From contig JAUWKS010000092.1 in NCBI GenBank assembly GCA_030614005.1, positions 1 through 10,828 on the forward strand: 10,828 bases of DNA, in the 5' to 3' direction. This stretch comes from Candidatus Heimdallarchaeota archaeon. Its GTDB lineage: Archaea > Asgardarchaeota > Heimdallarchaeia > JABLTI01. This document shows positions 1-8,635 of this stretch, in pieces (the stretch's first letter is position 1; the number at the start of each line of letters is the position of its first letter). The position numbers and the translations under genes were made by a program. Below the pieces are notes generated by a model. It was not told the origin of the DNA, made no database searches, and worked only from the letters and a program-made list of their open reading frames with translations.

Positions 1-101
1 TAAACGCTTGAAGATCAAGTAATTTTGTGTTAGCACGAGGAAAACTTTCAGCAATCTCCAGAGAAAAGGACTTTAAACAGGGAAGAAGCATAGTTCTTTA
101 C

Positions 102-236
102 TGACTACCAAAAAGTCAACAGCCTTCGAGGCTCCAACCCCGTGCCGTATACCGACTCGGGAATCCCCCACTCAACTGTTCCTAGTGGGGGCTCAGAGAT
201 GAACTGCACCAACAAATTGATCGCGGTGACTGGGAA
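102..236. ncRNA. Candidate structured non-coding element (GC-rich island); identity unknown, possibly the non-coding end of an IS110/IS1111-type element
   Basis: Hand count gives 68/120 G+C (57%) at 121-240 versus 23/120 (19%) in the intergenic stretch 581-700. Stems seen: CCCCCACT/AGTGGGGG (165-172/184-191, extendable with a bulge to 161-194), AGCCT/AGGCT (121-133), TGACT/AGTCA (102-118), CACC/GGTG (207-228). No ORF with a credible start covers it. No tRNA, SRP, RNase P or riboswitch core motif recognised. Confidence 0.45.
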
Positions 237-248
237 TGGATAAAAGAC

Positions 249-575
249 TCAGTGTCCCATTTGTCCATAAAAAAAGGAACGGTCGGGGCAATCAAATGGT
301 ACATCAAGAGTAAGTAGACCATCTTCATAATTGGCTTTCACTTTGCTGGTATTAGCATCGCAAAGAAATTTCAATTCACTAACATATTCAATGTTGATTC
401 CTTTCTTTGCATTTAGTCGCATACCGGATTTGATTACTTTCAAATCAATATCATTCTTTTTGACTCCAGGTAATGCTATTGAAATGTGATAATGATCTTC
501 ATCGATATCATTACAATCACACCCGCAATCCACACAGGGATATACCCAGATTTTTTTAGTGTCAGTTTCAGACAT
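249..575 (-). CDS. Small heat-shock protein, Hsp20/alpha-crystallin family (108 aa), Cys-rich N-terminus, possibly 3'-disrupted
   Basis: Alpha-crystallin-domain motifs YHISIALPGVKKNDIDLKV and VKANYEDGLLTLDVP. A TATA-like AT tract lies at about 598-612 upstream. No C-terminal IxI/V motif. Confidence 0.9.
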   Translation of the reverse strand: MSETDTKKIWVYPCVDCGCDCNDIDEDHYHISIALPGVKKNDIDLKVIKSGMRLNAKKGINIEYVSELKFLCDANTSKVKANYEDGLLTLDVPFDCPDRSFFYGQMGH

Positions 576-876
576 TAAAATTCATCTCGATTTAAATTGT
601 ATATATTAAAAATAATAAACTAAGTAAACATGGGTGTTAAAAAATTAAAGAATAGTGAATTAGAATAGTAAAAAAAATGGCATTATTTACTTAGAAAGAA
701 AGAAAGAAATCACAGATTAACTGGAAAATTCTTTTTCTTCTATTAAATGAAAATGATGTTAGCACGACGCACAAACACATAACCTTTTTGAACTTTAACT
801 CAAATGTAAAAATAGCTAGATTATTTGTAAAAAGTCTCATGACTTACAGTATAAAAGATATCAGGAGATAATACAA

Positions 877-2094
877 TTGACGAATGATGAGACGGAGAAG
901 GAAGAAACGAAAGTTAAAGTCAAAAAAGAAGAAGAAAAAAAAGAAACGAAAGAAACAGAAGAACTTACAGGTGCTCAAAAGAGAGGAAAAAGACAACAAG
1001 AACGAGCACAAAAACGCAGAGAAAGAAAGGAAAAAATTAAAGAAAAGAAATTTTATCACCCATTGAGAATTTTACGTGGTATAGGTCTTTTCTTCTGGAT
1101 AATAATAAAAATCATCATATTTCCATATGTTTACGCTTATTGGAAGATTAGAGATACCTTCAAATTTCTGTCCAGAAATGATAAAGAAGATTTGGATCGG
1201 ACTTTACTAAAAATAGAAGATGGCGATACGATACCAGAAGGATATATCAATGAAATGGGATTCTTAAGATCACTCCCTATGTTTTACTTTATTGCAGGAA
1301 CATTAGGAGCAGTTTTTGCAATATTCATTTCATTTGATTTCATGGACGACGTTTGGGCAGCAATTAGAGATTTCTTTGTTCATTTCGAATGGAGTATTGC
1401 CTGGGCGCTCTTTTTAGATATACTTGAAGCAATTTTTGTTACAGTAATCTGGGAATTTATCTTAGTGAACATCGGGAAAGGAATTGCAGCTGCTTTTAAC
1501 TTTCTATTCTCTGGAGATAGCTTTTGGATTCCATTAGTAATACTAATTGTATTGGGTGTTGGCATAACGATACTAGCAGTCTTAGTTAGTGAAGTAGATT
1601 TCTCAGGCAAATTTATGAAGAAAGTAAAAGCGTTCTTTATCGCAATTTTTACTTTCCCAAAGATTGTTTGGGGATGGATGAAAAGTGCCTATCATTCATT
1701 TCAAAGAGGTATTTCACGGTTTACCTTTGGTAATAATAAACTCCTACATTATCAAAAGCGATTCTTTTACAGAGTTGTTCTCTATAGTACAATAGTCACA
1801 TTTTGGATAATTGCTGCGGTTATAACGTTAGTTATCGCAAACGCAATAGATGGAAATGAAATTGTTAATGAAGCGCTTGTCTACCCAATAGTACTTCTCA
1901 TAATAGGGTTTGCAAATGGGGTATTGCTCTTAGCATTCCTCAGCTGGTTAATAGGATTAATTAGCGGTGAAAAATACATTGTAGATAAAGAGGGATATGC
2001 AAAATACATAGAAGAGAAAAGCAAAGCACAAGAAGAGAAAAAATTAGCAAGAGCAGAAAAACAAAAGAAAAGAATTTCTAAAAGATCAGGCTAA
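877..2094 (+). CDS. Hypothetical polytopic membrane protein (405 aa) with highly charged N- and C-terminal tails
   Basis: Long ORF with TTG start 8 nt after AGGAGA (863-868). Several hydrophobic segments (about 6-7 by eye) flanked by K/E/R-rich tails. No family recognised. Confidence 0.85.
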   Translation: MTNDETEKEETKVKVKKEEEKKETKETEELTGAQKRGKRQQERAQKRRERKEKIKEKKFYHPLRILRGIGLFFWIIIKIIIFPYVYAYWKIRDTFKFLSRNDKEDLDRTLLKIEDGDTIPEGYINEMGFLRSLPMFYFIAGTLGAVFAIFISFDFMDDVWAAIRDFFVHFEWSIAWALFLDILEAIFVTVIWEFILVNIGKGIAAAFNFLFSGDSFWIPLVILIVLGVGITILAVLVSEVDFSGKFMKKVKAFFIAIFTFPKIVWGWMKSAYHSFQRGISRFTFGNNKLLHYQKRFFYRVVLYSTIVTFWIIAAVITLVIANAIDGNEIVNEALVYPIVLLIIGFANGVLLLAFLSWLIGLISGEKYIVDKEGYAKYIEEKSKAQEEKKLARAEKQKKRISKRSG

Positions 2095-2099
2095 ATCTG

Positions 2100-2182
2100 G
2101 TTTTTTGGAAAAACGTTTTTCTTTTTAATCTTTTTTTGCATTTTAATAACCATTTTTTTGATTTCTTGTATTTTCGATTTTT
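2100..2182 (+). terminator. Oligo-T terminator region downstream of the membrane-protein gene
   Basis: Multiple T5-T8 runs immediately after the stop codon, between convergent genes. Archaeal intrinsic termination uses oligo-T tracts. Confidence 0.6.
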
Positions 2183-2223
2183 GTTAATATTATAGATATT
2201 TTAGAAGAAGAGTAGGGATTCCC

Positions 2224-4965
2224 TTACTCTACTCTAATTAATTCACTGGCAGATTTTCTGGAAATAACACGAGTAGCAATAAATGCACCAAATCCAGCTA
2301 GTACTATAGCAAAAGCAAGTGAAAGAATGCTTATCAATGGTGGAGCGACCAGTGGAATTTTCCATTCTTGTTCTATGGCATCAATCAAGTAAAGATAATA
2401 GCCAAGGAAGTAACCCATTAGTCCACCTAAAATGCAAGAACTTATAGTGAGAATTGTGGATTCCAGAATAAATATTCCATCGACATCACGATTTTTCAAG
2501 CCAATTGCTTTCAAGATTCCAATGGTTTTATGCGACTCAGCCACATTGCTGTATGTTGAAGCAAAAACCCCGAACAAAGCAATTACTATTGTAAATACCA
2601 TCATAACATTTACCAGTATTACTCTTGTTTGATTGTCTTCAGCTATTCTATCAACCAATTCCTTCTCGATAAGCACAAACAATGCATTACTTTCATATCT
2701 TCTTCGCAATTCTAGCCCCACAGTTTCTGCCGCTTCGGGGGATGTAGTTTCTAAGAAGATCCTATAAGCACTATTTTGAAAATCTAAATCGGTTAAATAC
2801 GACCAAGTATCTTCACCAATAAGAATAGTGGAACCCGAGGCAAAACGTTCTTGTTCATGGATTCCAGACATTCCAGGTAATTTTGATGCTATACCAACAA
2901 TGTCCAAAAATACATCGTGAGTGTACCCTAATTCAATCAATACAGGATTCAGAGTTAAAAGTTTGAGTCGTAGTGTGTCACCTATACCTAGTTCTAATTC
3001 TTTCGCTAATGCAGTGCTGATTATTACAGTATTATTTCCTTGCAAATCCTCAAACATTGCATCAGAACCTTCCGAATAAACTATAAGATCATCATAAAGT
3101 GGGTCAATAAAATTGGACGGCACACCCAAAACACTAACACCATACGATTCGAAAAATATTTGATCTCCAGCAACGCTCCACAAACCAGTTAATACAGAAC
3201 TGATTGGCAGAGTACTAAATGAACCGGTAACTACATCATCAAATTCTTCAATTATATCCTCCATTATTTCAGATCCATTAATATCATAGGTTGAATCGAA
3301 AAGAGTGATATCAGAACCAGTTAAAGAACCGATGTTTTCAATCAAACCTTGATCTTGAACTAGAAAAGTAGTTGAAATAACCATTGTGGATCCAAAGGAA
3401 ACGATGAACATCATAGCAGTTATTGCATTTCTTCTCCGATTTCGTTTTAGAAACATATGGACGATTTTGTAGGTCTTTTTGAAAATAGGTTTGATGATAA
3501 ATAAAAACAAGTTTTCAACTAACGGTTCAATTACCCCAACGAGGATTAGAGAAAGACCAAAACCAAATCCAAAGAACAACAGTAAGAGGATAGTGAAAAA
3601 TAAAGTATCTGAAGAAGAAACAGTCATAATTGGAATTAACAAAAATATTAAACCAGAAGCAACTGAAATTGAAAAACCTATCAAAAATAATGTTTTGTTA
3701 GGTCCTCGATCTCGCACAAGTTTTAAATCAGGTTCATCAGCTTTCAGTGGATTTAATCCACTGATAATACTCTTTCTCATTGCACGTAAAGCAGGGAAGA
3801 GAGAAGCAATTATCGCCACACCAACTCCTAAAAGAACGGAATAGAGCACCATTATTGGTGAAAGAGTAAAAGCTATATCAAGTCCATTACTCTGCAGAAA
3901 CAACTGCACCAAATAGGCTACCAAATAGCTAAAGCCTATTCCAATAACAGACCCGGATAAACAAGTAAAACTTGCTTCAAAAATAACCAAAATGAAAATT
4001 TGTCTTCGTTTTGCGCCAATGGTTCTATACAAAGCAAACTCTCGAGTCTTTTCTTCAACACTGACAGTCATTAAAGAAAAAATTAGAAAACCACTTACAA
4101 TCAAGCTTAAAGCAGCAAGAGAATTGAATAAAATGCGTAGAAAAACTAGCCCTGTTCCTCTGTTTTCGAGAGCACTAGCTATTGGCAAATATACTTGATA
4201 ACCAGGACCTATCGTATCTTGAACAAGCACACCAATCGTTTTTGCTTGAGCGATAGTTTCCTCGGGTTTATTGATATCATAAATTTCATCCCTATTAGCA
4301 AATTGAGCAACTACTTCAGTAGCAATGCCTGGACCACCAATAAATGGCTCTAATGTTTCAATATTAACCAGAATCGTATTCTCTTTAGCAGAAGGTAACA
4401 TACCTTTGTTTACAAATGTAGCATCCAATGTAAGATTTAATTTAGTAAAACTAATTTCAACTATATATTGTTCGCCAATTTCTAATTCTAAGGCTTGAGC
4501 AATTTCCTGTCGAACCCAACAATGATTAACTGGCAATACACCGATATCTATGGAAGAAGATAATTCAAGGTCACCAAAACCAATTGTTTTCTCTCGAACA
4601 GGATCAATCCCTAAGAAAGTCACTGTAAAATTTTTATTCGCACCTTGAAAACGAGCACCAGGTAATTCATAACGAGGTGACGCCCCCGCTACTTCAGAAA
4701 GATTGTTTATTGAATCAATCAGAGATTCATAATCATAAATAGGCGGAATATCTGTTATATTGTAGTTTTCTATTCGAATGTCAACCTGACCAGTTTGTTC
4801 TGAAATTCTAGGAAGATAAGACAAAGAGATTGCATCAATAATGACATTAGAAACGCCAAACATTCCGATAGCTATAGCTAGTGCTAACACTCCAAGGAAA
4901 AACCGGAATTTCTTTGCACGAATTGATTTAAGTGCATATTTTGGATAGGAAAGAAATTTCACCAT
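2224..4965 (-). CDS. ABC transporter permease, FtsX/MacB-like, two-repeat (913 aa)
   Basis: N-terminal TM, large extracytoplasmic domain, then a TM bundle, with the unit occurring twice. FtsX-type motifs SVEEKTREFALYRTIGAKRRQI and SHKTIGILKAIGLKNRDV. Starts 11 bp after the ATPase stop. Confidence 0.93.
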   Translation of the reverse strand: MVKFLSYPKYALKSIRAKKFRFFLGVLALAIAIGMFGVSNVIIDAISLSYLPRISEQTGQVDIRIENYNITDIPPIYDYESLIDSINNLSEVAGASPRYELPGARFQGANKNFTVTFLGIDPVREKTIGFGDLELSSSIDIGVLPVNHCWVRQEIAQALELEIGEQYIVEISFTKLNLTLDATFVNKGMLPSAKENTILVNIETLEPFIGGPGIATEVVAQFANRDEIYDINKPEETIAQAKTIGVLVQDTIGPGYQVYLPIASALENRGTGLVFLRILFNSLAALSLIVSGFLIFSLMTVSVEEKTREFALYRTIGAKRRQIFILVIFEASFTCLSGSVIGIGFSYLVAYLVQLFLQSNGLDIAFTLSPIMVLYSVLLGVGVAIIASLFPALRAMRKSIISGLNPLKADEPDLKLVRDRGPNKTLFLIGFSISVASGLIFLLIPIMTVSSSDTLFFTILLLLFFGFGFGLSLILVGVIEPLVENLFLFIIKPIFKKTYKIVHMFLKRNRRRNAITAMMFIVSFGSTMVISTTFLVQDQGLIENIGSLTGSDITLFDSTYDINGSEIMEDIIEEFDDVVTGSFSTLPISSVLTGLWSVAGDQIFFESYGVSVLGVPSNFIDPLYDDLIVYSEGSDAMFEDLQGNNTVIISTALAKELELGIGDTLRLKLLTLNPVLIELGYTHDVFLDIVGIASKLPGMSGIHEQERFASGSTILIGEDTWSYLTDLDFQNSAYRIFLETTSPEAAETVGLELRRRYESNALFVLIEKELVDRIAEDNQTRVILVNVMMVFTIVIALFGVFASTYSNVAESHKTIGILKAIGLKNRDVDGIFILESTILTISSCILGGLMGYFLGYYLYLIDAIEQEWKIPLVAPPLISILSLAFAIVLAGFGAFIATRVISRKSASELIRVE

Positions 4966-4976
4966 CTAGTTTCCCT

Positions 4977-5744
4977 CTAATCTTCAATAGAATCATCTAA
5001 AATAGAACCCTCAATACCTGGAGTGGTTTCTTCTTGAACGATTTTTCCATCTAACATATGCAAAATGCGATCACATACTTTTGCTGTTCTGCGATCATGA
5101 GTAACCATTAAAATCGTCATACCCATATCTTTGTTTAAGTCATTAAGAAGTTTCAAAATTACTTTTGCTGAAGCAGAATCTAAATCTCCAGAAGGTTCAT
5201 CGCAAATCATCAAATCAGGATTATTAGCCATGGCTCGAGATATAGACACTCTTTGTTGTTCTCCACCGGACAATTCAGTAGGTAAATGCTTTTCTCGACC
5301 TTTCAAACCAACTAATGCTAATAATTCTTTAGCTCTTTGTTCCCTTGAAGATTTTAAATCGCCTCGGAAGACCATAGGTACTTCAACATTTTCTTGAGCA
5401 CTTAAAAGGGGCAGTAGATTGTAAAATTGGAAAACAAAAGATATTTTATCTAAGCGCAAATCAGCGAGTTCATTATCTGATAAGCTGGTTAACTCGACAC
5501 CTTCAAATTGAACAAGACCTCTATCGGGACGATCTATTCCACCAATAATATTTAACAAGGTAGTTTTCCCGCAACCAGACGGACCCATAATCGAACAAAA
5601 TTCACCACGTTTTAAATCAAAATCAATACCACGAAGAGCAGGTATTGCAGTTCGACCTAAGAAATATGCTTTATGTAAATCCTCAACCTTAACAATTACA
5701 TCGGAACTATTGTTAACAGCTTCAGCTTGTTTCTCTGTTGACAT
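4977..5744 (-). CDS. ABC transporter ATP-binding protein, LolD/MacB-like (about 255 aa)
   Basis: Walker A GPSGCGKT, Q-loop VFQFYNL, signature LSGGEQQR, Walker B/D-loop MICDEPSGDLD, H-loop VTHD. ATG at 5744 is preferred to GTG at 5753 because GGGTG upstream serves as the RBS. Confidence 0.96.
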   Translation of the reverse strand: MSTEKQAEAVNNSSDVIVKVEDLHKAYFLGRTAIPALRGIDFDLKRGEFCSIMGPSGCGKTTLLNIIGGIDRPDRGLVQFEGVELTSLSDNELADLRLDKISFVFQFYNLLPLLSAQENVEVPMVFRGDLKSSREQRAKELLALVGLKGREKHLPTELSGGEQQRVSISRAMANNPDLMICDEPSGDLDSASAKVILKLLNDLNKDMGMTILMVTHDRRTAKVCDRILHMLDGKIVQEETTPGIEGSILDDSIED

Positions 5745-5860
5745 CTTCTTCACCCAAGAAATATAAGTAAAATATAATCACTTCAACAATTAATTTGTTA
5801 TTACATTAAGATATTGAATTAATACGGTTACTGATTTATATTCGTTTTCAAATTGAATTT

Positions 5861-6724
5861 CTATACGAAATCAAAACCTATTTCTTCTGCAGTTTTATCT
5901 ACAAGATCTCCGAAGTCCTTTTGGCGTCTTCGTAAAATTGGACGAAGAATTGCACGACGAATTAACATTCGAAGATATTTTATTTTATTAAATGGTTTGG
6001 CACAATGTAAACCTGAAGCCATAATCGCTTCTGCTTGATCACCATTTGGTTTTAGTTCTTGCATAATAACACCATTGTACCGAATTTTCTTGAGATAATT
6101 GAAAAAATCATCAAAAGGCATTTCTCCAAGTCCAAGAGGAAGATGTGAATCTTCAGTTTTTGTGCAATCGGAAATGTGAACATATTCAATATCTTTCTCC
6201 AACTCCTTAGGAAGATCCAACCATGTTTGCCAGTTATTGATGTATCTATGAGAAATGTCTAAACAATGACCTGCTAAATGGCTTCCTAGATAATCCTTAG
6301 CTTGTAAATAGAAATCCATAAATTCATCATCAGTTGGTCCGACAACATTTTCAAGTACAATAGGCGTATCTATCTGGGCAAGTCTGCTAAACATTAAATC
6401 ATAAGAACAGTTAGGATCTTCAGGAAAATGGGCAAGAGTATATGAGATATTGATATCCTTCTTTCTACTGTTAACAAATGAAGTAACTTCCTGCATTTGA
6501 ACTTCGAAAGTATTACTTTTTGTGGAGAAATCAAAACGATCTCTATTAAAAATTGGTAAATGAAAAGTAGTGGTTGATCTTCCCAGCGATTTGATAACTA
6601 ACTCCACTTTTGGAATAATGCGCCAATTAAATTCAAAATGTTGAATAAGTGTCATCTTCATAAGACGAACAATAAGATCCATAGGTAACCCTCGAATAGG
6701 TTCCAAACCAAAACCGATTTTCAT
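5861..6724 (-). CDS. Sugar-phosphate isomerase/epimerase, AP-endonuclease-2-type TIM-barrel metalloprotein (about 287 aa)
   Basis: Metal-ligand motifs LEN, LDISH, HISD, DSHLPLGLG and QEL in the expected order. ATG at 6724 (MKIGFG) follows GGTG; the ORF track extends to 6754. Confidence 0.85.
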   Translation of the reverse strand: MKIGFGLEPIRGLPMDLIVRLMKMTLIQHFEFNWRIIPKVELVIKSLGRSTTTFHLPIFNRDRFDFSTKSNTFEVQMQEVTSFVNSRKKDINISYTLAHFPEDPNCSYDLMFSRLAQIDTPIVLENVVGPTDDEFMDFYLQAKDYLGSHLAGHCLDISHRYINNWQTWLDLPKELEKDIEYVHISDCTKTEDSHLPLGLGEMPFDDFFNYLKKIRYNGVIMQELKPNGDQAEAIMASGLHCAKPFNKIKYLRMLIRRAILRPILRRRQKDFGDLVDKTAEEIGFDFV

Positions 6725-6856
6725 AGCACACCACTTGATATTATTAGTTAACAATTAAATAGTGGTTTATTAGATGACTAACAATATAAAAGCAGCTTCT
6801 ATAATCGTAAATGAACTATGAAAAATAGTCATCCATTTTTGATACATAATACACCA

Positions 6857-8635
6857 CTAAATATTCGTTATTTTCCATTTCTGATCATCATAATCATATA
6901 ATTCATGTAACGGAACATAATTGGATTTATGTAGTTTTATTGTGTAAAAAGAAGGGGAGAAATCTGCGTCAGTTAATACTTCTTCAATAATTTTTCGAAC
7001 AGGATGTTGATGAGAAACACCAGGAATATGAAAAAGAAATCGGTCATATAGATTTATTTGACCCAAAAAAGCAAATATCCGCAATTTGTCTACAATAGCT
7101 TGAAGTTTTCCATTCGTTTTTTCATCTACTATTGGAAGCTCAAAGGCTAAAACATCTGAACCAAATCTCACGAAATTTCTCATAAATAAAGAGAAAGACA
7201 ACAAATCTTTTCTTCGTGCTCTTAGCTCATTTTGATATAACAAATCTGTTTGAGATTTAACATCGGTTATTGGAATATTTTTTTCAAAAAAGAACTTTTT
7301 GAATTCATTAATATTGACAGCATATCTTGCTTGTAATAGATATTTGCCCTTTAGAACTGAAAGAAAATACAAAAGATTATAATCAAGAACAACAGGTTTA
7401 TCCGATATTGGAATAACTGAACTTCTTTTTTCATGATGGAAAGTAAATTTTCTTAAATATTGATCTCCTTGAGTGATTAATTTCTTGAAGATATTTAATG
7501 TTGGATTATAGGGAAAATTCGTAATAGCAAAATAACGATATTTTTCTCTAACTAATTGAATTGTATAACTAGAAATCAATCCGGAATCTTTCATTTTTCT
7601 GAAGCGTGTGCGGAGTTGATCACTAATTATATGAGGGCAGATAAGAGAAGGAGAATAGATTATTTGAGATTCACCATCATAGCCATTATAAAGTGATTTT
7701 AAATATGGAATCGTTAGAAGCAGAGAATTTATTTTCTGTACAAAAATGTCTTTAGTAGTTGTAATTTTTATAAAATAATTATGAAGGTTTATTTCTTCAT
7801 AATTTATATGGGCAATCCAATAAGTGGAATAATTTTCATTTAAAGCTTTGAATCGTTTAGCAATTGTCTTTTGCGACAATTTATCTTTCTTTGCAATCAT
7901 AGAAGTTGAACTCTTTTCATAACCGAATTCAAAAAGAGTTTCAATAAGATCAATTAATTTTTTATTTGTATAAATTGGTAAAATAACATTTTCTGCCTTT
8001 ACTGTAATTGAAGTGACCCATTGTGAGAAGTGTTTAACTTTCTCTTGAGTAGATTTTGAAAGATCATTTACTAAAACATAAAATTCATCAAAAACATCAG
8101 AAAAGGGAATGCTCTTCGATATTAATAGGATAAGTAAATTGTCCCAATAGATAGGACTTGCTCCAGCTATTTCCTCTGAATAAATTTTGGCTCTTATTGC
8201 GGAAAGCATTGGGTTATCAATAGTACTAATTCCGAGCACAGCAGTTAACAAAACAATAGTAATGATATTCAGTATCGCTTCTTCTTCTTCGCAAAAGTTT
8301 TTTTTGACAAAGTTCTTAAAACTTTGTTTTATTAGAAAGAAAGAGAGCAGATATCTTTTTGTGTTATACTGTAAATCCAATATCCATTTAGCAATAATTG
8401 TGCGTTCATTTATACAAGCAAGACCAAAATAGGGATTATAATCCCTCCTAACTTTCCCGAAAGCTAATTTTAGCTCATTATCAAATGCTGATTTCTTCAA
8501 AGAAATTGACAGTAAAGGTATAATTTCCTTAGATAGAGAACTAAGTGTTTTGGAAATCTCAGTCCCAGTTTTTTCTGCTATTTTATCTATGGCATCAATA
8601 GCATACAATACTTTCTCTCTGAGATCGTTGTTCAT
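6857..8635 (-). CDS. Large putative transcriptional regulator (592 aa): unexplained N-terminal domain (about 220 aa) plus Lrp/AsnC-like HTH-effector unit and a degenerate second unit
   Basis: HTH-like segment STSMIAKKDKLSQKTIAKRFKALNEN (aa 243-268) followed by INYEEINL (aa 277-284), like the Lrp linker. A second LDYNLLYFLSVL segment (aa 417-428) resembles an Lrp N-terminal helix. C-terminus LYDYDDQKWKI. The ORF is certain; the family call is by motif recognition only. Confidence 0.65.
   Translation of the reverse strand: MNNDLREKVLYAIDAIDKIAEKTGTEISKTLSSLSKEIIPLLSISLKKSAFDNELKLAFGKVRRDYNPYFGLACINERTIIAKWILDLQYNTKRYLLSFFLIKQSFKNFVKKNFCEEEEAILNIITIVLLTAVLGISTIDNPMLSAIRAKIYSEEIAGASPIYWDNLLILLISKSIPFSDVFDEFYVLVNDLSKSTQEKVKHFSQWVTSITVKAENVILPIYTNKKLIDLIETLFEFGYEKSSTSMIAKKDKLSQKTIAKRFKALNENYSTYWIAHINYEEINLHNYFIKITTTKDIFVQKINSLLLTIPYLKSLYNGYDGESQIIYSPSLICPHIISDQLRTRFRKMKDSGLISSYTIQLVREKYRYFAITNFPYNPTLNIFKKLITQGDQYLRKFTFHHEKRSSVIPISDKPVVLDYNLLYFLSVLKGKYLLQARYAVNINEFKKFFFEKNIPITDVKSQTDLLYQNELRARRKDLLSFSLFMRNFVRFGSDVLAFELPIVDEKTNGKLQAIVDKLRIFAFLGQINLYDRFLFHIPGVSHQHPVRKIIEEVLTDADFSPSFYTIKLHKSNYVPLHELYDYDDQKWKITNI

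Noticed and set aside
1-91. Minus-strand frame open off the left edge (MLLPCLKSFSLEIAESFPRANTKLLDLQAF...), or alternatively a plus-strand gene ending at 3, 11 or 22
   Set aside because: Only 30 codons are visible, with no clear RBS and no family motif (not a DEDD IS110 N-terminus). The options cannot be separated without flanking sequence.
100-240. Identification of the island as tRNA, SRP RNA, RNase P RNA, group II intron domain V, or a SAM/TPP/B12 riboswitch
   Set aside because: Only fragments match (GTGCCGTAT, GGGAA...CAACTGT, GAGATGA). Required partners such as the T-loop GTTCRA, SRP helix 8, or the domain V closing strand are absent.
105-251. Selenocysteine read-through of the hsp20 TGA (frame stays open 47 codons) with the GC island acting as a SECIS
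   Set aside because: The TGA is not at a catalytic Cys-like position, the extension resembles no protein, open frames of this length are expected in 57% GC DNA, and no SECIS consensus was recognised.
626-639. AACA-tggg-TGTT dyad upstream of hsp20 as a heat-shock operator
   Set aside because: The arms are short and the AAC-N6-GTT spacing does not match the N5 spacing of the archaeal HSR1/Phr-type sites I recall.
28-767. 11-mer TGTTAGCACGA repeated at 28-38 and 757-767
   Set aside because: A single 11-bp repeat is expected by chance many times in 10.8 kb of AT-rich DNA; there is no array or flanking similarity.
2108-2121. Perfect palindrome GAAAAACGTTTTTC
   Set aside because: It is low-complexity A5/T5 sequence inside a terminator region between convergent genes, where an operator would have no obvious role.
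844-5397. Short track ORFs 844-1059, 884-1066, 1380-1610, 2432-2632, 3479-3844, 3992-4198 and 5131-5397
   Set aside because: All are antisense or out-of-frame shadows of long genuine genes, with biased low-complexity translations.
5785-6758. Shared AACAATTAA upstream of both the ATPase (5785-5793) and the TIM-barrel gene (6750-6758)
   Set aside because: A 9-mer of almost only A/T is expected by chance in two AT-rich intergenic regions.
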